Virus record (IMG/VR): IMGVR_UViG_3300027901_000002
Span: 1 to 64,000 of that record
Length of the DNA stretch: 64,000 nt
Reading direction: 5' to 3' (one strand)
Source of the DNA: a virus
A model generated the notes under the pieces. The model made no database searches. It was given only the letters and a program-made list of their open reading frames with translations, and was not told where the DNA came from. The first letter of the stretch is position 1; each line of letters begins with the position of its first letter. Below, piece by piece: positions 10,453-20,334 of this stretch. A program made the translations under genes and the position numbers.

Positions 10453-11111
10453 AATTCAGCCGCTATTTTTGGGTGAAATTTAGTTCCTAAAAAAACAAAT
10501 AGTTCGATATCGTCTCTAAAATAATATTGCATTTCTTTAAGTGGAAGAGGTTTAAATAAAAAACCACCGTTATCAATAACTTCGTATTTTCCTCCAGTTT
10601 TCCACTCTAATTCTTCTATAAATTGATAATCGTACATGTGCCTATGTCCACTCTTAATGTCACTTTCAGAAAGGTCGTAAGGAGTTTTTATTAATCCAAG
10701 TTCAGCTCCTAATATTCTATTAAGAGACCTAGCGTTTGGATACAAAATAAATATTTTTCCTTTTGGATTTAAGAGTTTATATAAATTATTAAGAACGGCA
10801 TAAGGAGAATGTAAATGCTCTATTGTTCTAACCATTAACACAAAATCGTATTTATGGCTTGTGTGTTTTACAAATCCTTCTATATCACACGTTACATACA
10901 TAGTGCCAGGTATTTCTTCTTGGCTAAGAAAATTTGTGTCAACTAACACCATAGTTTTGAAATTTAATTTTTTTGCCATGTCTCCGCTCATTGCACCTAA
11001 ATCCAACGCGTCCATATCTGGAGTTATAAATTCGTTTATTTTATCAATTGTCATTTCCCAAAGTTTTTTTTCGTAAATTGTAGTGTTGTATTCTGAAAAA
11101 TCCCCTTCCAT
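10428..11111 (-). CDS. Class I SAM-dependent methyltransferase
   Basis: ALDLGA..G, YDFV....IEHL..P, LNPKG.I...PNA.SL.R. Confidence 0.85.
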   Translation of the reverse strand: MEGDFSEYNTTIYEKKLWEMTIDKINEFITPDMDALDLGAMSGDMAKKLNFKTMVLVDTNFLSQEEIPGTMYVTCDIEGFVKHTSHKYDFVLMVRTIEHLHSPYAVLNNLYKLLNPKGKIFILYPNARSLNRILGAELGLIKTPYDLSESDIKSGHRHMYDYQFIEELEWKTGGKYEVIDNGGFLFKPLPLKEMQYYFRDDIELFVFLGTKFHPKIAAELWCLIEKI

Positions 11112-11115
11112 ATAA

Positions 11116-11814
11116 TCACCAATAACTGTTTACAACTTCTTTAACTGTTTCGTCGAAATTGTTTTGTAAATTTTTTATTAATCTATCGTTTGATGTATGA
11201 TTCAAAATCTTCTTCTCTTGCTTCTCTTTTATTGAATGTCTTCCTCCATGATGTTTATGGTCTAACTTTTTAGGATGAAGAACTACTTTTTGTTTAAATA
11301 CTCTTGCAGCTAACATTAAATAATAAGAATGTTCTCCTAAATAATAAGACATTCTTTCGTCTATACCTCTTCCTTTTATTAAGAAAGGTCTGTAACAAAC
11401 TTCTATTGTTCCATTTCTACCAGTGTGTCTACCGTTTTTATCTAATATTTTAACTAAAAATCTAAGAGTAATTTTTTTAGGATCGTGATCTTTATAATAA
11501 TCGAGTATTAATTGAGCAAAATTAAGAGGATAAATAACGTCCATAGGAATCCTCACAAATAAGTCGTTCTTTGCTTCAAATATTGATTTGTTAGTCATTT
11601 TAGACATGTGGAAATAAACGTTTGGTGTTTTTTCTATTCTAAAAAATCTAAAACCGTAACTTTTTACTACTTGTTCTATATTATCTGTACTACTGTAGTC
11701 TACAACTATAATATCGTCGCTTTGTCCTTTTATACTATCGAAGACCTGTTTAACCCATTTAATTCCTCGTTGTTTTATTATATCAAAAGTGTAAAACGAA
11801 AAAGTAATTTTCAT
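11116..11814 (-). CDS. Glycosyltransferase family 2 (GT-A)
   Basis: SIKGQ..DIIVVDYSSTD, GIDERM. Confidence 0.75.
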   Translation of the reverse strand: MKITFSFYTFDIIKQRGIKWVKQVFDSIKGQSDDIIVVDYSSTDNIEQVVKSYGFRFFRIEKTPNVYFHMSKMTNKSIFEAKNDLFVRIPMDVIYPLNFAQLILDYYKDHDPKKITLRFLVKILDKNGRHTGRNGTIEVCYRPFLIKGRGIDERMSYYLGEHSYYLMLAARVFKQKVVLHPKKLDHKHHGGRHSIKEKQEKKILNHTSNDRLIKNLQNNFDETVKEVVNSYW

Positions 11815-12278
11815 AATATCATATCACTAGAAAATGTTTGCTTTTTAAATATATCGTTCCAATTATACAACAAATGGTACTTTTCTAATATTTGTTTTGG
11901 CGCTTCTAAAGAGGCCAAAAGAAAACCGTAATCGTTATTGATTTGAAAAAATAACCAATAACTATCATATACGTCGTAGACTTTTGCAGAAACTGTATTT
12001 GTTTCTAAAAAGTTTAGTATCTCTACGATTTTATTTAAATCGAAATATCCATCTCCAAACTTCAACATTTGCTGTCTATCGTCGCGTTTTGGTATTTCGT
12101 TAATTAAATATTCTTCTATGTCTTCGTTTCCGTATTCCTTAAAGAATTTCTTCAAATCGAGTAATCCTACAACTGTTCCAGCGCTTGCCGTTATTACGGC
12201 TTCGTTCGTGATTGGTTCTAAAGTTTCTCCGAAATGTACATTAAACCGCTTTCTTGTAGATTCCTTCTTCTTTATCAA
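11811..12278 (-). CDS. Hypothetical protein ending in DMIL
   Basis: Coupled ORF. Its C-terminal half loosely resembles a single clamp-like domain. Confidence 0.6.
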   Translation of the reverse strand: MIKKKESTRKRFNVHFGETLEPITNEAVITASAGTVVGLLDLKKFFKEYGNEDIEEYLINEIPKRDDRQQMLKFGDGYFDLNKIVEILNFLETNTVSAKVYDVYDSYWLFFQINNDYGFLLASLEAPKQILEKYHLLYNWNDIFKKQTFSSDMIL

Positions 12279-12624
12279 AAACTATATTACCTTTATTGAA
12301 TTCGTTTAAAGCTAATTCCAATCCCATTTTAAACAAAGAAGACTGCGCTAATTGATGAGTAGAATGATTACAAATGAATAAATTATCTAATCTATTGTCG
12401 TGTTTATCGAAGTTTATGTGGTGTATTTCTTCACCTTTTTTAAGATATCGTCCTAAATGTTTCTCCATAACTAAAACTTGTTCTTTCACATATCCTTTAT
12501 GATTTTTTGGGTGATCTACGCATCTTATCCATCTATATCCATTTTTTACGTTCCAGACTCCACCTTTCCATTGTGGGTGTTTTTCTCCAATGTTTAATTT
12601 ATGTCCTTTTACAAATTTAGTCAT
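12241..12624 (-). CDS. HNH homing-endonuclease-like protein
   Basis: Likely start MTKFVKG at 12624 (ATGA overlap). GEKHPQWKGG, VMEKHLGRYL..GEEIHHINFDKHDNRLDNL. Confidence 0.85.
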   Translation of the reverse strand: MTKFVKGHKLNIGEKHPQWKGGVWNVKNGYRWIRCVDHPKNHKGYVKEQVLVMEKHLGRYLKKGEEIHHINFDKHDNRLDNLFICNHSTHQLAQSSLFKMGLELALNEFNKGNIVFDKEEGIYKKAV

Positions 12625-13166
12625 TTCGCTTTCTTCCAAAAAGGTTCGTCTTTCACAAAAGCGTCGTAATCTATATAAAACACGTCCGCAAGTATCCAGA
12701 GAAAAGGTTGTGGTTTGTAACACAAAACTGTTATTTTCTTGTGCATGTTGTAAGCCCACACTAGTTCTATTGGAGTGCCAATCATTGTAATGTCTTTTGG
12801 AAACCATCCAAAATATTCGTGGCAATGTTTAACCATGTCGTAGTCTTTATCAACAATGTCTTTAGCGAAATCATAAGTAGGGTTTTCGTAATAATGGTTT
12901 ACACCATATTTTTCGTTTAGTCTATCCTCTTCTTTAAAAGGATTAATTACTTTATAATTTCTTCCTTCTAAGATTCTTTCGATCATTTCTTCTCTTTTGG
13001 AGTGCCATTTGTCGAAAGGGTGGGCAAAATATATAGTTCTTTTTTCTTTAAACCTCGCTGGATGGTCGACAGTCTTTGCGTATATATCTTCGTTTGCTTG
13101 TTTGTAAGACAATTTCTCACCTTTTTCTAAAATTCCTTTAGGGTTTATTTGTTTTGTGAAGTTCAT
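12621..13166 (-). CDS. Nucleoside 2-deoxyribosyltransferase-like protein
   Basis: IYFAHP, VINPF, IVDKD..MV, GTPIELVWAY. Confidence 0.7.
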   Translation of the reverse strand: MNFTKQINPKGILEKGEKLSYKQANEDIYAKTVDHPARFKEKRTIYFAHPFDKWHSKREEMIERILEGRNYKVINPFKEEDRLNEKYGVNHYYENPTYDFAKDIVDKDYDMVKHCHEYFGWFPKDITMIGTPIELVWAYNMHKKITVLCYKPQPFLWILADVFYIDYDAFVKDEPFWKKAK

Positions 13167-13410
13167 AAATTATCCTCGTTGTATAGTTTTCCTACCATTA
13201 TTCCTTTTACGTCTTTTGCTACTATCAAATCCATACCCATTACTTTTGTTCCAACCGTTTTAGCTGTCGTGTCTTTTATTAAAACTAAACTATCTAAAAT
13301 TTCCAATTCTACTTGTTCGTACTCGTCGTCGTTTATTATTAAGTGGGTAGGTTCAAAACCAAATCTATGTTTAAATTTCTCCTTTAAGAAGAAAATTTTT
13401 TTTAAATAAC

Positions 13411-14280
13411 TCATAATATCATATCGTCTCCTATTTTATCTTTTTTATCGTAATAATCCATCGTTGGAGTTTTCTTAGGATCGAAATTCCTAATCACGTA
13501 TTCGATATCTCTCGACTTTTCTCCTCCAACACAATAAGAAGAAGCGTTTACTCTCTCCACTTCTTGATAATACCAGTCTTCGTGGTGAAAATATTCTTTA
13601 CTATCAACTGTGAGAACGAAAAGAGCGCGTTTTAAATCGTAAAGTATTTCTCTTAAATCCTCAAAGTCTTGCGCGCCCCAAGCGTTTTCGTCTGTATCCA
13701 TTCCAGACATCTCTTCGTAAAGCTTTCCTCCTTTGAAATAAGGAGGGTCTAAGAAAAAAAGAACGCCTTCTTTATCTGCTCTCTTCATTAGATCTCTGAA
13801 GTCTTGACACTCAAATTGTACGAACTTTATTCGCTCGTAATACTCGTTGATGTTTTTTAATTTGTTAAGATAAGGGTGATGCCAGTGTTCTTTTCCAGTA
13901 AACGACATTCCGTGGTAGCAATTGTTCATTTGAGAGAACGAGTGATGATTCACGTAATAAAATCTCATAGCGTCTTCTATTGGATTTTCCGCTATGTTGT
14001 CTTTAAACTCGTCGAATAATTGTCGACTATCTATTCCACCCTCGTTTCTACAATAATCAACGAACTCTCTTCTTGCACTCTTAATTACTTTCCACATGTT
14101 CACGAGTCGAGAGTTTATATCGTTGAACACTTCTATTTCAGAAGGAACTTTGTTAAACAAAACCACACCAGACCCTCCAAACACTTCTATGAAAGTTGTG
14201 TGGACAGGGAAAGGCAAAAAATGTTTAAGGAGATTGTATTTTCCTCCGTACCAACCAATAATGGATTGACCTTTTCTCAT
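13411..14280 (-). CDS. dam: D12-class DNA adenine methyltransferase
   Basis: WYGGK, FIEVFGGSG, NDIN, DPPY. Confidence 0.9.
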   Translation of the reverse strand: MRKGQSIIGWYGGKYNLLKHFLPFPVHTTFIEVFGGSGVVLFNKVPSEIEVFNDINSRLVNMWKVIKSARREFVDYCRNEGGIDSRQLFDEFKDNIAENPIEDAMRFYYVNHHSFSQMNNCYHGMSFTGKEHWHHPYLNKLKNINEYYERIKFVQFECQDFRDLMKRADKEGVLFFLDPPYFKGGKLYEEMSGMDTDENAWGAQDFEDLREILYDLKRALFVLTVDSKEYFHHEDWYYQEVERVNASSYCVGGEKSRDIEYVIRNFDPKKTPTMDYYDKKDKIGDDMIL

Positions 14281-14419
14281 TTTATAAAATCTTCTACTAT
14301 TGATCTAATAATAAAACCACACATACAACTTCTACAACCAAATACCTGGCGTCCTTCTTTTGTTCTTCCAACTTTTATTACTTTTTCGCTTCCACACACT
14401 GGACAATATTCAACTTCTT

Positions 14420-14812
14420 TCATAACAATATCAACTTCTTTTCCCAATCTTCGTGGTATTTCTTAAAATGTTTTATTGTATTTTCAGTGCCTCCTGTTCT
14501 ATCTGGAGATATAATAGCAATTAAATAGTCTAAAGGTTCCTTTGCTATTTTCTCGTTTCTTTTGTAACATTCTTGTACAAATTCGTGATAAGGTAACCAA
14601 CCTCTTGGTATATTTTTTGATTTTACTTCTAATTCTATGTTGTGTTCTTTAGCTATTTTTCTTGCAAAATAGTCTCCGCCTCGTGTACAATCACCAGTAA
14701 CTATTTTTGTTACTTTTCCAAAATTATGTGTTAACCAGCCTAATTTTGCCATAAGACTGTAATAAGCTTGTTCGTCGTGTCTTCTTCTGCTACCAACTAT
14801 TCCAATTATCAT
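14420..14812 (-). CDS. SLOG/DprA-like (YspA/DUF2493-like) nucleotide-binding protein
   Basis: IGIVGSR, IVTGDCTRGGD, RNEKI, GGTENTI. Confidence 0.75.
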   Translation of the reverse strand: MIIGIVGSRRRHDEQAYYSLMAKLGWLTHNFGKVTKIVTGDCTRGGDYFARKIAKEHNIELEVKSKNIPRGWLPYHEFVQECYKRNEKIAKEPLDYLIAIISPDRTGGTENTIKHFKKYHEDWEKKLILL

Positions 14813-15122
14813 TCTTCAAAATCTCCTATACTTATTTTAAATCCACAGCCGTGCACGTTTATGCCGAAGTAATGTCCTTGACAAACGTATTCCATATCTA
14901 TCGCGTCGTAAATTAATGGCAGTCCGCATTTCGGACAATAATAAAATCCAAACCTTCTATCTTTTTCTAACTTCATTTTTAAAATCAATCCAAATTCTTT
15001 CTTTATAACACACTTCGTCTTTAAAAATCATACCACAATAATCACATACATACAAATTAAAACAATGATCTGTTATTTGATCGTCGTCCCAACACCACAT
15101 AAATTTCATTTCTTCTCCGCAT

Positions 15123-15623
15123 TTACACTTTGTCATAACTTTCACAAATCGTTTTTCCTTTTTTACAATTGTATTTATTGTTAAAAATTACGATAGCAGA
15201 AGGGAAAGGAGCGCTTGATGGTTCTCCTCCGTTTCCATAAGAAGGAAGAGTTCTATTCCAAAATTTTAACCTTCCTTTTATGAACCTTATGGTTCCTTTC
15301 ATACAATAATCGTGCCACCATCGAGTGTCTGTTCTCGCTGGTACTAAACAAACAACAATAGCTCCTTTTTGATATTCTTCGTACGCTTTTTTTATCCACT
15401 TACCAATGCTTCTTCCGTAAGGGGGGTTCATAAACACTATTTCAAAGTGCCAACTCCTAGACAGTCCATCTTCTTCTTTAGTGAAGTATCTATTACATTT
15501 GTGGTTTTCGTGAGTTGCGCAAGGGTCTAACGTGAAACCGAATTCTTCGTTTAATTCGTCGAAAAGCCATTGAGGAGTTTCCCACTCGTCTGATTTAGAG
15601 CTAAACAAGGATTTATTTATCAA
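15123..15623 (-). CDS. Phage-type DNA N6-adenine methyltransferase
   Basis: DEWETPQ, FTLDPCA, NPPYG, VPARTDTRWWH, GRLKF, APFPS. Confidence 0.92.
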   Translation of the reverse strand: MINKSLFSSKSDEWETPQWLFDELNEEFGFTLDPCATHENHKCNRYFTKEEDGLSRSWHFEIVFMNPPYGRSIGKWIKKAYEEYQKGAIVVCLVPARTDTRWWHDYCMKGTIRFIKGRLKFWNRTLPSYGNGGEPSSAPFPSAIVIFNNKYNCKKGKTICESYDKV

Positions 15624-15827
15624 TTTCGTTCATTCTTCTATTTAAATCAGAAATCCAAAACTGGATTAGTTTTATTTCTGCTCTTAGACTAGGTTTTGGT
15701 TCGTCTACAAACCCTTTCATGGAGCAACCCATTATACAATCTACGGGTTTTTCTCCAAACACTTCTTCTTCTAATTTTTTTACTCTTTCTTCTAAATCAC
15801 TCATTTCTTTTCCACAACATTTATCGT

Positions 15828-17492
15828 TCATAATATCATATCATTGCTTATTTCTGATTCTGCTTTTAATTTATAAAAGTCTGTATCTATTAAACTAAGA
15901 AAAGGCTCGGCCTTGAGATAAACTTGACTTCTTTTTAAGTCTTTGTAATTTGGTACGAATCCTTCTTCTTTAATTTTTTCTATATCTTCTTCGTCAAACG
16001 ACAAAACTAATTCGTTTCCTTTGTAGGGAGAAACAAACTTACCGTTTAACTTTTTTGGAAATTTCTCAAAAGGTATAATGTAAGGGTTATCGCCAGGATT
16101 AAATATTTTGTTAAAATAATCTCTTGCGTTTCTTGCTCCCCTAGAATTATAGTGACCAACTACATATTCGTCCATGTCGTTGTTCAAAGCTCCTTTCGGG
16201 GCTATGTAATCCCAAGGAAATTTCTCAAAATTGTCGTCTATAACTTTCATTAACAACTTAAAATCACTAGGAATATCTTCTGAATCTAATAAGATATTCA
16301 CTAACACTTCTTGCATGTCTGCCGAAAACCTAGAAGTGTTTCTTTTCTTCATGGATATACCTTTAATCTCTAATTGAGGTGTGTCTAATCTAGTTCCATC
16401 CATCCACACGTTTCTCTTCACGTAATTTTTTGCCGCTTTAACTAAGAATTTATCCGAGATAGATTCTAAACCAACCTTCATAGTGTGGTCTTGTATGTTG
16501 TAGACTTCTCTTAAATAGTCGTCTATTGCGGTGTTAATATGTTTTACTAACATTGCTGCTTCCCATTCTGCACTTAATAAATTATCAGATTTTAGGATAG
16601 GAAAACAGGAATCTGTGTCTCCTCCCACTATCTCGTAGCCAAAATTCCTAACAACGTTCATCATTTTCTTAGTTAAATCTTGACACATAACAGTACAAGA
16701 GTTAAAAACGAATTGAGAATAATTTCGATCCGCTCTTAGACCCATTATTCCGAACCCACCATTCGTGAAAGTTTTTATTCTAAATTGTTTACCATCTAAC
16801 AATTTATAAAACGGATCTTCTGAATTTTTCACTTTCTTAAGGTATTCTTTCGCTCTTTGTTGAGCGCGAATTCTATAACTTAACCATTTAGAGAATTTCT
16901 TTTTGTTTACGGATTCTATATCTTTTCTAAAGAAACCAATTGGAGTTTCTATAAGGAATTTTCTATTCCATTTTTCGCCGTTTTCATCCCAAACCCATTC
17001 GTCGTCGTATTTTTTTATTTTAATAGCAGTCCTTATTCCAGCGTTTGAACTCATAATAGCGTTTGGATATTGCTTATTAAAATCTATCGTTGCCACCCAT
17101 ACAAACATTCCTTTTCTTAAAGGAGGCGGAACATATCCTCCTACCTTTTTACCAACATCGTGTAGTGAATTATATTCTACAATTTCTCCTCTTCTTTTAG
17201 CAACTTCTTCTAAGTCTTTAAGAGTTATCGTAAATTTATCTCCTATCTGTTCTTTTGGTTTTAACGGTAATCTCTCCCATTGTTGGTATTTCGTGTCAAA
17301 AACCATTTTATCTCTAAAATCTCTTATTGTGTCGTGGTCGTGCATTTTAGAGGAATAAATACCGTCTTCTGGAGGAGCTACGACTAACTCAGCTTGTTCG
17401 AATTGATCTTGAACTAAATTAAACTTCTCATTAAGAAGAACTAAACCTTCAACATCAACAAGATTATAATCAAGAAGTTTTTTGCAATTCAT
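15828..17492 (-). CDS. polB: Family B DNA polymerase, C-terminal subunit (ExoIII + polymerase domain)
   Basis: YNLVDV (ExoIII), DFNKQYPN (motif A), KTFTNGGFG (motif B), GGDTDS (motif C), KNY, KG. Confidence 0.92.
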   Translation of the reverse strand: MNCKKLLDYNLVDVEGLVLLNEKFNLVQDQFEQAELVVAPPEDGIYSSKMHDHDTIRDFRDKMVFDTKYQQWERLPLKPKEQIGDKFTITLKDLEEVAKRRGEIVEYNSLHDVGKKVGGYVPPPLRKGMFVWVATIDFNKQYPNAIMSSNAGIRTAIKIKKYDDEWVWDENGEKWNRKFLIETPIGFFRKDIESVNKKKFSKWLSYRIRAQQRAKEYLKKVKNSEDPFYKLLDGKQFRIKTFTNGGFGIMGLRADRNYSQFVFNSCTVMCQDLTKKMMNVVRNFGYEIVGGDTDSCFPILKSDNLLSAEWEAAMLVKHINTAIDDYLREVYNIQDHTMKVGLESISDKFLVKAAKNYVKRNVWMDGTRLDTPQLEIKGISMKKRNTSRFSADMQEVLVNILLDSEDIPSDFKLLMKVIDDNFEKFPWDYIAPKGALNNDMDEYVVGHYNSRGARNARDYFNKIFNPGDNPYIIPFEKFPKKLNGKFVSPYKGNELVLSFDEEDIEKIKEEGFVPNYKDLKRSQVYLKAEPFLSLIDTDFYKLKAESEISNDMIL

Positions 17493-17679
17493 TTCTCTTT
17501 GTCTTTACGTATTTCCAAATATTTTCAAATACAAAATAATTTATTGTTTTAAAAACTTCAAGTATAATAGTTATTGTAGTCGTTATTTGAGGATTTCCAG
17601 TTACTAAAAAAACTATTGTACTAGTTAATAAAACACTCCAAATTCTATACAGTATCGACTTTAAGATCGTTTTTTTCAT
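17470..17679 (-). CDS. DUF2061-like small membrane protein
   Basis: KSILYRI...T..IV...TG...E...YF.FE.IW pattern. Confidence 0.7.
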   Translation of the reverse strand: MKKTILKSILYRIWSVLLTSTIVFLVTGNPQITTTITIILEVFKTINYFVFENIWKYVKTKRNELQKTS

Positions 17680-17774
17680 TTGTTATACCTTTAAATTCAT
17701 AACCACATGCTGGACATCTTAGAACGTAATATTCTTCAGTCCACTCCACTATCGCTAAAACGTCTTTTCCACAC

Positions 17775-18455
17775 TTACAACGGATAATACTTATCTTCAA
17801 CACCTAATATAAATTTATCGTAATAACACTTACTACAAAAATACACGTTTCTTGGATCGTGCATGTTTAACTTGAAAAATTTAAAACACCTAATACAGAG
17901 GTGTTCTTGTTGTTTCCACTTTTCTCTTTTTTCCCACTTGTCGCAAGTATCAGTATCGTAAGTCCAAGTTAAACATATTTCTGCTCCTTTGGAACAAAAC
18001 CCTTCTATTCTTTCGTACTGGTGCCAAAATTGACACGTTTTACACTGATTCTGCATATCTAAGATCTAAATCACTTCCACAATGTTCGCATATAAAATCT
18101 CTACCACCTAACGAAACGACGTGTTTACCATGAATACTTTTTACGATCATTAATTCAGTAGCACTCGTCATAAAATAAGTGTATTTTTTACAATACTGAC
18201 ATTCAAATCTCGCTATGTTCAAGGTAAATTGCCTTTTTTTCTTCTCTCCATTTCTTTTTCTATGATTTTAATTCCTTTACTAATAAGAGAATTTTCTTTT
18301 TTCAATTTAAAAATTTTTTCTCTGTTCCCTTTTCTTTTGTTTAACTCTTGTTTGTACATTTTTTCGAGTTCTTTGTCTGTTGCGTTGTAAGCTTTATTCC
18401 AAAATTGACCAAGAGCAATTTCCCTAGCCAATCCTTCTAAGCCTAACTTTTTCAT
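17775..18455 (-). other. Three small ORFs (two Cys-rich) inserted between the two PolB halves
   Basis: 17775-18056, 18040-18222 and 18219-18455, all overlapping their neighbours. Confidence 0.6.
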
Positions 18456-19698
18456 ATAATTTTTTCACCAAATTTTCTTTCTTTTTAGTGCCAACTAATT
18501 CTGGATTCGTAGGATCGTAATTAGAAGATAGATTATTCTTCCACATCTCCCATATTTGTTCTTTGTGAGGAACCTTACCAAATCCTAAGAAATAACTCAT
18601 GTATCCTTGTAGGTTTCCTTCTCTAAAATCGTTAAACTTCTTATGATACATAAAAATTTCGTTCGTATAAATCCAATCTATTTGACAAACGCCGTCTATT
18701 ACGACGCTTTGTTGATTGCCGTGAGACCTAAACCTCACACCTTTTAAATGGTTAGGTATAGGACTTAATTTCTGAATCTCGTCGAGCAAATCTAATTGTT
18801 TCGCTCTGTGATAAAGGTAAAGCATGTCAAAGCCGTTAAACCAATACTTACGAGAATATCCTTTCTTAGTAGAAATTTTATATCCTCCTTCTGTATTAAA
18901 ACCGTATTGAGCGTCTGGTCTAATAAGAGAATACCAATTAAAATAACTCTTCAACGTGTCTATTTCGTTGTCGTGAGAATGATTTATTACCGTGTTTATT
19001 TTATCGTATTCTTTATATCCTTTCAACGCTGGCACGTAATATTCTCCTCTTCTATTCCACTCGTTAGAGTTTATAATATTTACGCCATAAGGATGCCAGA
19101 AAAACCTATTGTAGGTTTCTGTGTAAGAATCGTACGCAGTTATGCTTATTATTTCACACTTTTCTGCGTCTTTGTAACCGTTAAAATTAGGGAAGACTGG
19201 TTCCGCGTTTGTTTCTATATCCCACGCTACAAATCTCACTGGAACGTAGAAGTGTTCGTCTTCTGAAAGTTCTGATATGTCGTCAACTTCCAACCATCTT
19301 TCTGTGTAATCGTCTGGAACGTTTATATAAGGAGTTCTTATTCCCATTTTTTCGATACACATTTTTTCCCATTTAACGTCTGATAAATAACTATGAGTAA
19401 ACAACTTTCTCAATTTTTTAACTTGCCAAGGGAAAGTCGTGTAACAAACTATTGTCTCTTCTCCATAATTAGAATTAGGAGCTTTATCAATTTTTATTAT
19501 TTCTTCTTGCTCTTCTGCTATCATTCTTTCTGCCGCTGGTACGTACATTTCTGGAGCAAGATTTTTTTTATCACACATAAAAACAGTGTGAAATTTCCAC
19601 TCCTTATCTCTACAAAAAAATAAGAGAATTGGAGCGTTGTACTTCTCTATATCACTATTGTTATTGTAGTACGAATAATTAACGATTTTTAGGTGCAT
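18424..19698 (-). CDS. polB: Family B DNA polymerase, N-terminal/3'-5' exonuclease subunit
   Basis: YLSDV.W, WDIET (ExoI), GFN...FD.LYL (ExoII), DG...ID, LG.GK. ExoIII is missing. Confidence 0.88.
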   Translation of the reverse strand: MHLKIVNYSYYNNNSDIEKYNAPILLFFCRDKEWKFHTVFMCDKKNLAPEMYVPAAERMIAEEQEEIIKIDKAPNSNYGEETIVCYTTFPWQVKKLRKLFTHSYLSDVKWEKMCIEKMGIRTPYINVPDDYTERWLEVDDISELSEDEHFYVPVRFVAWDIETNAEPVFPNFNGYKDAEKCEIISITAYDSYTETYNRFFWHPYGVNIINSNEWNRRGEYYVPALKGYKEYDKINTVINHSHDNEIDTLKSYFNWYSLIRPDAQYGFNTEGGYKISTKKGYSRKYWFNGFDMLYLYHRAKQLDLLDEIQKLSPIPNHLKGVRFRSHGNQQSVVIDGVCQIDWIYTNEIFMYHKKFNDFREGNLQGYMSYFLGFGKVPHKEQIWEMWKNNLSSNYDPTNPELVGTKKKENLVKKLYEKVRLRRIG

Positions 19699-20011
19699 AA
19701 TTTCTACAACTACCAGATTTGTTTTTCTCTTCTTTAAAAAGATCTACGCAACTTTTGCTATACATACAAGTTTCGCATATTTCGAAACAAGGATCACCGT
19801 ACTTATCCATTCCTCCTATAATTCCGTCGTATTTACCCATCCTTATCAATCCTATAAGTCATATAAGATACGCTTATTAACATTGCTAATCCAAAAAATA
19901 ACCACATCCATATATTAGAATCTTCTAGGTACATCAAGGAGTTAAGAATAATAACCATTGGAATCAACGCAATTACGATTAATAAGTTTGTCAAAAAACT
20001 TCTAAGAAAAC

Positions 20012-20239
20012 TTATCCCCATAATACGCCCCTTCCATAACAAGTTCTGCATGGTACTTCTCCTGCTTCAGCACTTGTTCCTCTCAAATCAGCGTAAAAAC
20101 TTGCTTGTACTGTTCCACATCCATTACAAACTGGACAAAGGTAAGGCTTAACAGGTGGTGTTGGATACCAAAACCCACCGTTGAAACTGTATTGTGACTT
20201 TTCCTCTCCATATTGCGTGTTTTCCTGTTTCTTGCTCAT
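20012..20239 (-). CDS. Small protein with DnaJ-type CxxCxGxG zinc finger pair
   Basis: CPVCNGCG and CRTCYGRG. Confidence 0.65.
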   Translation of the reverse strand: MSKKQENTQYGEEKSQYSFNGGFWYPTPPVKPYLCPVCNGCGTVQASFYADLRGTSAEAGEVPCRTCYGRGVLWG

Positions 20240-20334
20240 ATTTTTCCACGTCTTTTTGACAAAATTTAAAATCTTTTGTAGAAAGAGGATGGTATTTTTT
20301 CCTCTTCTTTTTGTTCCAAGCTTCTAAAATTAAT

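Noticed and set aside
17480-18545. BHB intron or split intein rejoining the PolB halves (Asn-Cys at the start of the second ORF)
   Set aside because: The only BHB-like pairing found gives an immediate stop, and there are no intein blocks of adequate length.
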